A stretch of 64,000 bases of DNA from Gammaproteobacteria bacterium (GTDB taxonomy: Bacteria; Pseudomonadota; Gammaproteobacteria; UBA4575), in NCBI GenBank assembly GCA_965222615.1, contig CBDCUI010000009.1, positions 768,001 to 832,000 on the forward strand. The letters run 5' to 3'. Below the pieces are notes generated by a model. That model worked only from the letters and a program-made list of their open reading frames with translations, was not told where the DNA came from and ran no database searches. The translations under genes and the position numbers were made by a program. This document shows positions 51,629 to 61,876 of the stretch, piece by piece (position 1 is the first letter of the stretch; each line of letters starts with the position of its first letter).

Positions 51629-51674
51629 TTGACATTCGTCGTAATATAGGGTATACGTCCTAAGGACGTATACC
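51629..51674 (+). promoter_or_regulatory. Sigma70-type promoter (TTGACA-17-TATACG) overlapped by 25-bp palindrome, putative AbiEi operator 2
   Basis: ggtatacgtcct-a-aggacgtatacc (51650-51674) shares the atacgtcctNaggacgtat core with operator 1. Confidence 0.8.
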
Positions 51675-51686
51675 TCTTTATGCTAT

Positions 51687-52583
51687 ATGAAGCTCACTAA
51701 AGCAGTATCCCTTAGTTTAGGCGATCTAGACCAGCCGGTAGTCACCTCATACCAGCTTGGATTAATCATATACAACTTGTATTTCTCAAAAAGTTATAAG
51801 AATGAACAAATTAAGCAAATAAAAAAACAAGCTGCAGACTACCAAGATTTCACAAGAATTGTCAGAAACCTCTATGAAGAAGGAATTTTATCCCGTTGCA
51901 AGGGATTACCTATAAAAGCTGCGTACAGTGTACTAGGTAGAAAACCCAACTCACCAGATGAAGTTGTTTGTTTAGTAGATCCTTTCTGTTATTTATCACA
52001 TTTAAGTGCCTTAAGTTACCATGGTATGACAAACAGAATTCCCGCTAAAGTATTTATCTCAACACCAACAAATGATCAGTGGAAAATATTCGCATTTGAA
52101 AAAATGAGTAAAGATCTAAAAAAACACTTACATAAATACATTAATAGTGGCTTTCCTAAATTGACAAAAATTAAAATCTCTAAGATTAATAAAAAAGATA
52201 TACATATTATGAACAGCTCACATTTAGGTGCGTACCGAAATGTTAAAGATAGAGCTTTGCGCGTTTCTACAATTGGAAGAACTTTTTTAGATATGTTACG
52301 TAATCCAGAGTTATGTGGTGGTATAAACCATGTTCTTGAAATTTTTGAAAATCATGCTGCCGATTACCTAGATTTGATTATTGATGAAATAGACCAACAT
52401 GGTCGGCCAATTGACAAGGTTAGAGCAGGGTACATAATTGATGAAGTTTTAAACTTATCCAGTGATCGTATAGACAAATGGCTTTCTTTTGTTCAAAGAG
52501 GTGGTTCAAGAAAACTAGATTCGACTCAAGAATATATGCCTGAGCATTCTGCCAAATGGTGCATTTCCATAAATACATATTAA
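51687..52583 (+). CDS. abiEi: Type IV TA antitoxin / transcriptional regulator (AbiEi-like)
   Basis: YLSHLSALSYHGMT, RVSTIGRTFLDML..P.LCGG, C-terminal W.I.IN; upstream of a nucleotidyltransferase gene. Confidence 0.85.
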   Translation: MKLTKAVSLSLGDLDQPVVTSYQLGLIIYNLYFSKSYKNEQIKQIKKQAADYQDFTRIVRNLYEEGILSRCKGLPIKAAYSVLGRKPNSPDEVVCLVDPFCYLSHLSALSYHGMTNRIPAKVFISTPTNDQWKIFAFEKMSKDLKKHLHKYINSGFPKLTKIKISKINKKDIHIMNSSHLGAYRNVKDRALRVSTIGRTFLDMLRNPELCGGINHVLEIFENHAADYLDLIIDEIDQHGRPIDKVRAGYIIDEVLNLSSDRIDKWLSFVQRGGSRKLDSTQEYMPEHSAKWCISINTY

Positions 52584-52587
52584 AATT

Positions 52588-53460
52588 GTGTCTCAAAATA
52601 TAGAAGAATACGATATTACATCCTGGGTTTCTGATATAGATGATGAAAACCAAAAAGAATTTAGACAAGCTGTACATACAATTTTAATTGCTATTGCTAA
52701 AAATGATGAATTAAAAGCTAGCATGATAATAAAAGGAGGGATTCTCCTTGCAGTCAGATACCACAGTCCAAGATTTACGACAGATATCGATTTTTCAACA
52801 AATGATAACCTAGATGAAGCTTATAGAAATAAGATATACGAATCCCTAAATACAAGCCTGAAGAAAGTTGTTGAATCACTCGATTATGGATTAGATTGTC
52901 AAGTTCAAAGTTGCAGAATACAACCTACAAACATACAGAATCCCACATTCCCGGAACTAAAAATAACTATAGGCTATGCATACAAAGGTTCTGATAAACA
53001 TCAAAGATTAATTGCAGGTCAATCTCCAGATATAGTTTCAATAGATTTCAGTTTTAATGAAGTAATCAATAAAATTGAACACATCACTTTGGACAATAAC
53101 TGTCAAATACAAGCGTATTCTATTACAGATGTTGTATCTGAAAAGTATAGATCAGTTTTACAACAAAAAGTAAGAAATCGTAATAGAAGACAAGATGTAT
53201 ACGATTTATTTTTAATCTTAAACAGTATTAAAACATTCAATGTAGAAGAAAAGAAATTAATTCTTACAAGTCTAATTTCAAAATCAGAAAATAAAGGGAT
53301 ATCGCCTAATCGACATTCCCTTAGAGATGAAGAGACAATAAAAAGAGCAAAACATGAATATTCGAGTCTTGAGTTTGAAATTAATGAAGAATTACCAGAA
53401 TTTGATAATTCTTACTCTACAGTTCGAGAGTTTTATGAGTCATTACCATGGAATAATTAA
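52588..53460 (+). CDS. abiEii: Type IV TA toxin, AbiEii/AbiGii nucleotidyltransferase
   Basis: IIKGGILL...RFTTDIDFS, SEKYRS, RRQDVYDL. Confidence 0.9.
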   Translation: MSQNIEEYDITSWVSDIDDENQKEFRQAVHTILIAIAKNDELKASMIIKGGILLAVRYHSPRFTTDIDFSTNDNLDEAYRNKIYESLNTSLKKVVESLDYGLDCQVQSCRIQPTNIQNPTFPELKITIGYAYKGSDKHQRLIAGQSPDIVSIDFSFNEVINKIEHITLDNNCQIQAYSITDVVSEKYRSVLQQKVRNRNRRQDVYDLFLILNSIKTFNVEEKKLILTSLISKSENKGISPNRHSLRDEETIKRAKHEYSSLEFEINEELPEFDNSYSTVREFYESLPWNN

Positions 53461-53542
53461 TCAACATTTATTTATTGTTTAATGTGCACATTTTTTAATT
53501 TGTACCCCTTTATACTTTTCTGTTTTTCCCAATTAATATAAG

Positions 53543-53835
53543 GAATGGCTTCGCCATATTTAATTTGCGCATAATATCCATGCGCACGTGCGGGCAGAGG
53601 GATTTACTCGAGCCATTCATGGAAAATATCATATTAAATGAGCGCATCCTCCCTGATGCGAAATCTCACTCGCGTATCCCTACACTCGCCAAACAAATTT
53701 GTGAACCCTATTGTGGTTCCACTCCCCTCGACTCTGCGTCTTTAAAATAAAAGAGACCTCACTTTGAGTGAATAATTATTATATTGATAATGAATGGCTT
53801 CGCCATACTTAACTTGCGTGTAGTACCTACACGCA
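53543..53835. repeat. Two 44-nt two-hairpin direct repeats (53543-53586, 53792-53835) enclosing a split tRNA-Pro-like 3' fragment
   Basis: gaatggcttcgccata.ttaa.ttgcg...cgca repeated; gggcagagggattt (53592-53605) is identical to tRNA-Pro 60264-60277. Confidence 0.75.
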
Positions 53836-54160
53836 AAGGTGGTCTGCATTAACGTGATTACTGCACCCAGAGCACTAAGTGCCTGAATTAAAAGCATTCT
53901 TTTTTAATCTGAAAGGACCCCCCTGGGGGCAAATTTGCCTCCATAGATACACAAATAGTGGGTCCCAGAGTCTAAAAATTTTTAATATTTTTGAAATTTT
54001 TAATATAACTATATATCCCTATTATTTATAGGGTTTACAGTTATGATAAACAGAACTCTAAAATTTGATATGAACTATAGAGGATCAGATTTATTCCATA
54101 AATCAGAATAAGAATATATCTCAATCAATGAAGTTGGTATTTATCACCAATTTTATGCTT

Positions 54161-54964
54161 TTACCCTGCACTTCTAAAAACAATAAATGTAGCATCATCT
54201 TTATGATCTAGATTTTCAGCAATTTTAAAAAATTTATTAGACAATAAATTAGCTGCTTTTTTTAAGGGTCCAGATTTTATAAGTTTTAGACACTCATCAA
54301 GTGGTATCAAATCCGTTATACCGTCACTACACATAAACAAAGTGTCTGACTTTTTAAGTTCAATTTCTGGACCTATTTCAATATGCATGTCCGTATTACC
54401 TACTAAGTGAAACACTTCATGTGAAATTTCTGAATCCAAATGCTCTTCTGTAACGAGCTCAGATCGAAGTGCATACCCTAATGGCGAGTGTTCCGTATTA
54501 CGATAAATAAGTTTTCCTCGTTGTCCAGTAATCGCAATCACAGAATCACCCACATGAAAGGGTCTGCATCGATTTTCTTCGATGGAAACAATACACGCTG
54601 TTGCGCCTGCACCGGTTTTCAACTCCATCACAGATTTATTCGCAAATTCAATTGCATTTAAGATCGATGCGCGAATTATTTGATCTTCGTTAGAGTCATG
54701 TAGCAGTTCTTTCTTTAATTCATTAATAACGATTTGTGAGGCTTGTTGCCCACCTAACTGTCCACCTGCTCCATCGGATAATCCAAGTACTAGCTCGTGG
54801 TGATTTAAAGGTATCAGAATAGCGCTATCTTGATTGTCCTCTGCAATGTTCGAGGAAGGAAAACTAAATGCAGCAACTTCACCCGCGCTAAATAGGCTAA
54901 TTTCAGGCTTTTTAAGCAGTGATGATTTGTATACAACCGTGCTGTTTGCTAATTCATTCATCAT
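54161..54964 (-). CDS. PP2C/SpoIIE-like protein phosphatase
   Basis: NQDS, SDGAGG, HVGDS, CSDGI, DDAT. Confidence 0.85.
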   Translation of the reverse strand: MMNELANSTVVYKSSLLKKPEISLFSAGEVAAFSFPSSNIAEDNQDSAILIPLNHHELVLGLSDGAGGQLGGQQASQIVINELKKELLHDSNEDQIIRASILNAIEFANKSVMELKTGAGATACIVSIEENRCRPFHVGDSVIAITGQRGKLIYRNTEHSPLGYALRSELVTEEHLDSEISHEVFHLVGNTDMHIEIGPEIELKKSDTLFMCSDGITDLIPLDECLKLIKSGPLKKAANLLSNKFFKIAENLDHKDDATFIVFRSAG

Positions 54965-54988
54965 ACATCACTAGTTTTCAATACTTTT

Positions 54989-56365
54989 TTAAAACAACGG
55001 AAGCATAAGGGTCGCAATGCTCAGAACTAAAAAGAATCCACATAAATCGGTGATTGTTGTTAGTACAGGGCCTGATGCCACCGCTGGATCCACATTAATC
55101 CATCGTAATAAAAGCGGTACTGTACCACCGATTGACACTGCTACAAGCGTATTGAGTGCAAGTGCAACACCCACGACAAAACTTAAAACTAAATTGCTTT
55201 GCCATAAATAGGCAACGATACCAAGCAAAATTCCTAAAGCAACGCCGTTAATTAAGCCCACTTTCGCTTCTTTGAACCATACGTGTAATACATCTAGAGG
55301 TTTGACGAGCCCTAATGAAAGTTCTCGCATACTTACTGCTACTGCCTGATTGCCGGAGCATCCACTCATATCCGAAACGATAGGTAAAAACACTGCTAAC
55401 GCAATAACAGCACTCAGAGTATCCGTAAACATCGCAATAACGCTTGCAGAGATTACGTTAAGGATAATATTTATACTTAACCAAGAAAGGCGGCGTCGGG
55501 AACGAGTTGCAGTAGGCATACTCCTCGTTTCTTCACCTACAACAATACCTTTAGATTTTAGCTGTGCTATATCAGCACGCTCTGCAATTGCACGTAAAAC
55601 ATCTTGTCGCCTAACGACGCCTACTAATCGACTTGCATCATCGACAACTGGAACACCATAAAAATCATGCGCATCAAATAATTCTTTAAGTTCATCTAAT
55701 GAAGAGGATAATTGAACATAAACTGGGGTTATTAATATCTCTTTTAAAGCTGTTTCTCTTGATACCAATAACAGTTTTCGCGAACTTACAACGCCCAGTA
55801 ATTTATTTTTTTCCGAAGTTACGTAAAAGTTCGCCTCAAACTCTGATCGATCTTTCGTTGTTTGTTGGAGAAAATTTATAACATCATTGACTTGTGAAAA
55901 CTCTTTGAAGGAAACATATTCTGTAACCATCAAGCCGCCTGCCTCATCATCCGGAAATGTTGCAAGCTCTCGAACTTCAGCCGCTTCTGCAGGATCCATT
56001 TCTGCTAAAATTGCCTCGGCTTCGTCCACATCAAGATCACCAACAATATCAGCTTGTTCATGACTTTCCATTTCTTCTAAGATGGAGGCCGCATCTTTTG
56101 AAGGAAGCTGCTCCACTAAATCAGCTGCTTGTTCATCCGGGACATCAAGGATAATCTCCGCAGCATCTATAGGAGCTAAACTGGATAATAGTTTTTGCTG
56201 ATCTTCATTACTTAATCGACTAAACACCCGCAGTGTTTCATCTGATTCAAGACTATTTAAGAATGCACTTGTTTCATGAACATTACTTGCCATGATAAGT
56301 TCATGTAGTTTTTCCCACGGTTCGATTGATTTTTCACTACTAAAATTTTCATGCATATCAGACAT
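54989..56365 (-). CDS. mgtE: Magnesium transporter MgtE
   Basis: AGGLM, CBS pair, RRRLSWL, GCSGNQ, DPAVASGPVLTTITD. Confidence 0.93.
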   Translation of the reverse strand: MSDMHENFSSEKSIEPWEKLHELIMASNVHETSAFLNSLESDETLRVFSRLSNEDQQKLLSSLAPIDAAEIILDVPDEQAADLVEQLPSKDAASILEEMESHEQADIVGDLDVDEAEAILAEMDPAEAAEVRELATFPDDEAGGLMVTEYVSFKEFSQVNDVINFLQQTTKDRSEFEANFYVTSEKNKLLGVVSSRKLLLVSRETALKEILITPVYVQLSSSLDELKELFDAHDFYGVPVVDDASRLVGVVRRQDVLRAIAERADIAQLKSKGIVVGEETRSMPTATRSRRRLSWLSINIILNVISASVIAMFTDTLSAVIALAVFLPIVSDMSGCSGNQAVAVSMRELSLGLVKPLDVLHVWFKEAKVGLINGVALGILLGIVAYLWQSNLVLSFVVGVALALNTLVAVSIGGTVPLLLRWINVDPAVASGPVLTTITDLCGFFLVLSIATLMLPLF

Positions 56366-56510
56366 TTTCTTGTACCTAAAATATTTATCTATTTAAAGAT
56401 GTATTACATTCTTGAAAAAATTATTAAATTTACTTCACACATAAATTCATATAAATAAAAAAGGCTGCATCTGCAGCCCAATTTTTAAATGCAAAGTTAT
56501 GCACATCAGC

Positions 56511-57524
56511 TTATGTTGTTTGCACAAATTCATAGTTATCAAGACTTTCTACAACTTTCTCAACATTTCTAAAGTATGCAATGTGATACAGTGGATCACC
56601 TTCATATACAAGTGGAATGTTTGACTTACCAATTACAATCCCATCGTCAGGAGCTAATACATTTACTGGGCTAAATGATCCACTAACATCTTCTACACTT
56701 CCTATAATTTGATTTTTTAGGATTTGTTTTCCTAATCGAGTTTTTGATCTAAAGATCCCGCTTATTGGGGCACGCATCCAGCTACTCGTCTTTGCAATCT
56801 GAGGTTCAGCTATATTTGACTTATTTTTTTGTGGCAAATCTATCATACCAAGATGCTTCATGACCCTTAGTATTCCACTTATCCCTGCTTTAATGTTTGC
56901 TTCATTGAAACGCATCGCTTCACCTGCTTCATATACTAGTACATGCACATTACTCGCACGTGCAGCTTCACGTAATGAGCCATCACGCAACTTAGAATTA
57001 ACGATCACGGGCACACCAAATGATATTGCTAAATCTTTCGTTTCACTGTCACTTAAATCCGCGCGAATTTGAGGTAAGTTATCGCGATTTAATGCAGCGG
57101 TATGTAAATCGATACCATGAGTACAATTAGCAACGATTTCATTCATAAATAAATTTGCAAGACGAGCTGCCAAAGATCCTTGTGAAGATCCAGGAAAACT
57201 ACGATTTAAATCACGACGATCAGGTAAATAACGCGAGTGCTGCAACATCCCGTAAACATTTACTACTGGAACAGCAATCAAGGTGCCCATAAGTTTTTTC
57301 ACAGAAATTCGTTTAATAAGTCGCCTTACAATTTCTACGCCATTTAGTTCATCTCCATGAATCGCAGCACTTACAAATAATTTAGGCCCATCTTCCCCGC
57401 CACGAATGACATGTACAGGCATAGTCAGTGGTGCGTTTGTATATAAAGGTGGGAGCTCAAGTTGCAATATTGTACTTGTAGCCGGTTTAATAACTATATT
57501 CGACAGTGTTAATTCTTCACTCAA
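56511..57524 (-). CDS. Succinylglutamate desuccinylase/aspartoacylase-family (M14-like) peptidase
   Basis: AAIHGDELNG, RRDLNRSFPG, IDLHT, YEAGE. Confidence 0.92.
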   Translation of the reverse strand: MSEELTLSNIVIKPATSTILQLELPPLYTNAPLTMPVHVIRGGEDGPKLFVSAAIHGDELNGVEIVRRLIKRISVKKLMGTLIAVPVVNVYGMLQHSRYLPDRRDLNRSFPGSSQGSLAARLANLFMNEIVANCTHGIDLHTAALNRDNLPQIRADLSDSETKDLAISFGVPVIVNSKLRDGSLREAARASNVHVLVYEAGEAMRFNEANIKAGISGILRVMKHLGMIDLPQKNKSNIAEPQIAKTSSWMRAPISGIFRSKTRLGKQILKNQIIGSVEDVSGSFSPVNVLAPDDGIVIGKSNIPLVYEGDPLYHIAYFRNVEKVVESLDNYEFVQTT

Positions 57525-57570
57525 TTTATTTCAATACCTAGTAGGAAAAAATTTGAGACATTTGACTCTA

Positions 57571-58479
57571 TTAGCCTTTTCCACGTGTTCGTGTTCTATT
57601 TGGTCTAGCATTTTTCTCAATAAATTCGATAATCATCCCTGCAACGTCTTTTTGAGTAGCTTTCTCTATTCCCTCGAGTCCGGGTGAAGAATTCACTTCC
57701 ATTATTACAGGTCCACGATCAGAACGAAGTAAATCGACTCCCGCGACATTTAATCCCATTTTTTTTGCTGCTTTTATAGCAGTAGCTCTTTCTTGTGGAG
57801 TTAATTTCACAAGTGTTGCTGTACCACCTCGATGTAGATTTGAACGAAACTCACCTTCAGATGCTTGGCGCATCATTGCAGCAACGACCTTTTCACCTAT
57901 AACAAAGGCACGTATATCTGCACCACCCGCTTCTTTAATAAACTCTTGTACCAAAAAATTAGCGCCAAGTTGTCGAAATGCATCGATAATCGTTTCTGCG
58001 GCTTTCTGAGTTTCGGCTAGAACAATACCTTTTCCCTGTGTACCCTCAATTAGCTTTACAACCAACGGGGCACCATTCACTAAACTAATCAGATCTTTTG
58101 TATTTTTCGTAGAATTAGCAAAACCTGTTAGTGGCAACCCAACACCTGCACGTGCGAGAATTTGTAATGAGCGTAATTTGTCTCTAGAACGTGTAATTGC
58201 GATCGATTCATTTAGCGGATACGTTCCCATCATTTCAAATTGGCGTACGACCGCACAGCCATAAAAAGTGATTGAGGCACCAATCCGTGGAATAACTGCA
58301 TCAAACCGAGGTAACTCTTTACCTTTTAAATGAACGCATGGTTTATCAGTAGCGATGTCCATATAACAATCGACTGTATTTACAATCTCAATGTTATGTT
58401 GGCGTTCTTTTGCTGCTTCAATGAGTCGCTTATTTGAATATAACCTGTCTCCACCTTTAGTTAGTAATGCAATATTCAT
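57571..58479 (-). CDS. rimK: RimK alpha-L-glutamate ligase (ATP-grasp)
   Basis: [53 protein letters not shown]. Confidence 0.96.
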   Translation of the reverse strand: MNIALLTKGGDRLYSNKRLIEAAKERQHNIEIVNTVDCYMDIATDKPCVHLKGKELPRFDAVIPRIGASITFYGCAVVRQFEMMGTYPLNESIAITRSRDKLRSLQILARAGVGLPLTGFANSTKNTKDLISLVNGAPLVVKLIEGTQGKGIVLAETQKAAETIIDAFRQLGANFLVQEFIKEAGGADIRAFVIGEKVVAAMMRQASEGEFRSNLHRGGTATLVKLTPQERATAIKAAKKMGLNVAGVDLLRSDRGPVIMEVNSSPGLEGIEKATQKDVAGMIIEFIEKNARPNRTRTRGKG

Positions 58480-58483
58480 ATTT

Positions 58484-58936
58484 TTAATTTAGCCATTTTT
58501 TACCAATTAAATAGGAACGTGCAGGATTAACAATAAACCGGTTCTTAATAGCTTCACGACCCAGTAACATTCTAAACAACATGTTTTCTCTATCTGTGAG
58601 TGTAATTTCAGCATTCCACTCAAAATGGCCCAATTTAATGGGGGTTTCAATTACATATCTTTTTTCACGATGGCCACCGGAGTCTGTGACCGTTCTTGTG
58701 TCTAAGACCTTGCTTTTACATTCTACAATTTTGGTTTTATTTCGTTGTAGTGGATGGAGTCCAAACTTTACAAATAACTGCCCTTTATTATTATGGTATG
58801 GCTCAATGTAGAATGCATGTAAAGCAGAAGTCCTTGCACCCGTATCAACTTTACATTTAATTTTATCAATACCAAGTTTAGGTAAAGAAATCCATTCGCG
58901 CCAACCAATTAAATTATCAGGATTATTTTTCTTCAT
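58484..58936 (-). CDS. RimK-associated retropepsin-like protease (RimB/DUF785)
   Basis: [26 protein letters not shown]. Confidence 0.9.
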   Translation of the reverse strand: MKKNNPDNLIGWREWISLPKLGIDKIKCKVDTGARTSALHAFYIEPYHNNKGQLFVKFGLHPLQRNKTKIVECKSKVLDTRTVTDSGGHREKRYVIETPIKLGHFEWNAEITLTDRENMLFRMLLGREAIKNRFIVNPARSYLIGKKWLN

Positions 58937-58986
58937 AGACTGCTACAAGATATATTAATTTATGTAAAAAGGTGACTATTTATATC

Positions 58987-59127
58987 TTATATTGCAAAAT
59001 CTTGTTCAAATTGTTCATCTAATAAATCGAGTTCGTATGATTCTAACTCATATAAAATATCATCAAATTCGTCTTCGTCTTCGTCTTTACTAGGACAAAG
59101 CACTATTTTGTTTTTTTTACTTCCCAT
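58987..59127 (-). CDS. 46-aa highly acidic micro-protein (below ORF-track cutoff)
   Basis: MGSKKNKIVLCPSKDEDEDEFDDILYELESYELDLLDEQFEQDFAI*, co-oriented between the RRM gene and rimB. Confidence 0.5.
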   Translation of the reverse strand: MGSKKNKIVLCPSKDEDEDEFDDILYELESYELDLLDEQFEQDFAI

Positions 59128-59145
59128 GCCTTACTATACTTAGAG

Positions 59146-59379
59146 CTAGTGAGTTTTATAAATACGTAGAGTTCTAAAATCAATTTCATGACCGTTGAGT
59201 CTTACCATTGCAAGTTCTCCGGACTCATCTGACATTTCAACTGTACCCATGCCACGAGATTTCCCAGTATCCCAATCAGTAATCACTGTTGCATTGATCA
59301 CTTCGCCTACAGAGCAAAACAGTTCTTTCAAGTCAAAATCCGTAAAAACATAAGGAATGTTTTCAATTAATAGTTTCAT
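59146..59379 (-). CDS. Single-RRM RNA-binding protein
   Basis: RNP2-like LLIENIP, RNP1-like TGKSRGMGTVEM, LNGHEIDFRTLRI. Confidence 0.85.
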   Translation of the reverse strand: MKLLIENIPYVFTDFDLKELFCSVGEVINATVITDWDTGKSRGMGTVEMSDESGELAMVRLNGHEIDFRTLRIYKTH

Positions 59380-59812
59380 TGCATCCGTCTCCTAGCTCAA
59401 TAATAGAGCTTTTGTGTGCGCATTTTTTTAGTATGCACAATCCGTAACTTCCAAAGAAGCATTTTCTAAGGAACCTATGAATTAGAAGCGACTACAGATT
59501 TCTGGCTGAAAACCTCAGGAAGAATATCGGAGTGAGGGCCCTAATTTGAGTGGAGAATACTCTTGAAATAACTCAAACGCGAGAAATTTTAAAAAGAACA
59601 GGTTCACAATTTTGAGTAAAAAAACTGGGTCAACTAGCTACTTAATTTTTTAAATTATTAATTAAAAAAACGTCAAATTTAGCTCCGTTTCTGAACCAAA
59701 ACTGCTCCTCTAAGTAGATATATACGAGGCCAAAAGTTAGGAGGATTATCCGCGCGCCTTTAGTAATTAGAGGCCTATTTTTAACTTGTTTTATTTGAAA
59801 GGATGAGTTGTT

Positions 59813-60064
59813 ATGAGCTATGGGTCTAATACTAAAAAAGTATTTCAGAAAATGCTTGAAAGAGCTTGTAAGGATAGCGTAGTCACACCAAAAGAGTTGT
59901 TACGCGAACTGGTAAGTTCAGGCTACAAAAATATTTATGATATGGAAATCACACTTGATGAATTAAAATCAATTTGTGAAGATCTTGAAGATAGTAAAGA
60001 AATTGAAGAACTCCACAGCCATAAAGCTGGAGTTAAATCAAACTTTGATTCTATGGAAATTTAA
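59813..60064 (+). CDS. Hypothetical protein
   Basis: 83-aa ORF with RBS (aaggatga); no family recognised. Confidence 0.5.
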   Translation: MSYGSNTKKVFQKMLERACKDSVVTPKELLRELVSSGYKNIYDMEITLDELKSICEDLEDSKEIEELHSHKAGVKSNFDSMEI

Positions 60065-60177
60065 TGTGGTACATCAATCAGAGGAAAGACTACGTACCAT
60101 TATCCCAGTCTAAATTTAGTTAGATTGAATCTCCCCATTTTGGACACACTGGTAGCAGCGTGGGAGCACTTACTAGA

Positions 60178-60190
60178 AATCAATGATTTA
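60178..60190 (+). promoter_or_regulatory. IHF consensus site near the tRNA-Pro 3' end (att-like region)
   Basis: aatcaatgattta fits WATCAANNNNTTR; nearby tggtagca/tgggagca repeats resemble integrase arm sites. Confidence 0.45.
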
Positions 60191-60257
60191 AACTACAAGA
60201 TAAACGTAGGAAACACTCTTAAATTCTTAATAATAAACGACGAAAGGTGTTGTAAAG

Positions 60258-60334
60258 TGGTCGGGGCAGAGGGATTTGAACCCCCGACCCTCTGCTCCCA
60301 AAGCAGATGCGCTACCAGACTGCGCTATGCCCCG
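60258..60334 (-). tRNA. tRNA-Pro(TGG)
   Basis: CGGGGCATAGCGCAGTCTGGTAGCGCATCTGCTTTGGGAGCAGA...CCA. Confidence 0.96.
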
Positions 60335-60562
60335 ATATTGAGTAGTGTATACGATATTTCGAGTGCGAATCATACGTTCTAGATGTTCTTTAGGTCAATG
60401 CCGCTTAACAGTCATTAATCGTGTTTGTATCCCGCAACCTAGAATTGATCCCGATTTTTTGCATACATTAGCTTGAGTTATTGATTGAAACTTTCATCCT
60501 TATTTACGGACAAATAACTGAAAAATAGATATCATTCAGCCACATTCAAAAACGGAGCAAAT

Positions 60563-61141
60563 ATGAATACTTTACTTAAGCGTTCTCTTCTGACTGTATT
60601 CATGGTTATTCTTATGACGACATCAAATGTACAAGCAGAAATGACGACTGTAATCATGGAAACGAACAAGGGTGCAATCACGATTGAACTCGATGGTGAC
60701 AAAGCACCGAATACGGTTGCTAATTTCTTAACCTATGTTAAAGAAGGATTTTATGACGGCACGATCTTTCACCGTGTCATATCAAATTTTATGATTCAAG
60801 GCGGTGGGTTCACCGAAGATATGTCTCAAAAAACCACCCATGATCCCATTAAAAACGAAGCCAATAATGGCCTAGGCAATGATACCGGAACCATTGCCAT
60901 GGCGCGCACTGGTGACCCTCATTCTGCGACTGCGCAATTTTTTATTAACGTAAAAGACAATGATTTTCTAAATTTCAGTAGTGAAACTTCTCAAGGTTGG
61001 GGCTATGCTGTGTTTGGCAAAGTCACTGAAGGCATGGACGTTGTCAATGCGATTAAAGATGTTGCCACAACAACTAAAGGCCCTTACCAAGATGTGCCTG
61101 CTGAGACGGTAAGGATTGAAAAAGTCATGGTTGTCGAATAA
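60563..61141 (+). CDS. ppiB: Cyclophilin-type peptidyl-prolyl isomerase (PpiB position, with N-terminal signal-like extension)
   Basis: [46 protein letters not shown]; upstream of lpxH. Confidence 0.9.
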   Translation: MNTLLKRSLLTVFMVILMTTSNVQAEMTTVIMETNKGAITIELDGDKAPNTVANFLTYVKEGFYDGTIFHRVISNFMIQGGGFTEDMSQKTTHDPIKNEANNGLGNDTGTIAMARTGDPHSATAQFFINVKDNDFLNFSSETSQGWGYAVFGKVTEGMDVVNAIKDVATTTKGPYQDVPAETVRIEKVMVVE

Positions 61142-61153
61142 GCACATGGTGTA

Positions 61154-61876
61154 ATGCCACAAACTCTTTTTGTTTCAGATTTACACTTAGATAACAAAAG
61201 GCCGCATATCGTTGCGGCCTTTTGTCGTTTTCTGAATGAGATTACTGATGCCGATGCACTCTATATACTAGGTGATCTATTTGAATTCTGGATTGGAGAT
61301 GACGATCCAGCACTCGGCCTCGAATCTGTTATTGAAGCCTTAAAAAATTTAAGCGGCTCTGGTGTTCCCATCCATTTTATCCATGGTAATCGAGACTTTT
61401 TATTAGGCAAGAAATTTGCAAACAATACCAACTGCAAAATCCTTCCAGAAGAAGCGATTATCGACTTATATGGAACCCCTACTCTGATTATGCATGGAGA
61501 TACATTGTGTACTGATGATATTGCTTACCAAAAATATCGAGCCAAAGCCCGTAACAAGTGGATTCAAAAAACTTTATTACTGTTAAGCGTAAAGCAACGG
61601 CTTAAAATTGCCGAAAGACTGAGAAATAAAAGCATCTCTGCCACTCAAGGCAAGCACCCTGAGATCATGGATGTCAATCAGAATACAGTTGAACAAATTA
61701 TGCTTTCGCATAATGTACAGCATTTGATTCATGGACATACACATCGACCTGCTATTCACAATTTCACCATCAATAATCAAGAATATAAGCGTATTGTATT
61801 AGGTGATTGGTATGAACAAGGCAGCGTACTAAGATGCACACCAGATAGCATGACACTAGAGACAATAAACGCTTAA
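61154..61876 (+). CDS. lpxH: UDP-2,3-diacylglucosamine hydrolase
   Basis: SDLHL, GDLFEFWIGDD, GNRDF, HGDTLCTDD, HGHTHRP, LGDW. Confidence 0.96.
   Translation: MPQTLFVSDLHLDNKRPHIVAAFCRFLNEITDADALYILGDLFEFWIGDDDPALGLESVIEALKNLSGSGVPIHFIHGNRDFLLGKKFANNTNCKILPEEAIIDLYGTPTLIMHGDTLCTDDIAYQKYRAKARNKWIQKTLLLLSVKQRLKIAERLRNKSISATQGKHPEIMDVNQNTVEQIMLSHNVQHLIHGHTHRPAIHNFTINNQEYKRIVLGDWYEQGSVLRCTPDSMTLETINA

Noticed and set aside
60065-60140. Possible tyrosine-integrase C-terminal remnant (DYVPLSQSKFS*IESP)
   Set aside because: Too short and degenerate to distinguish from chance without a profile search
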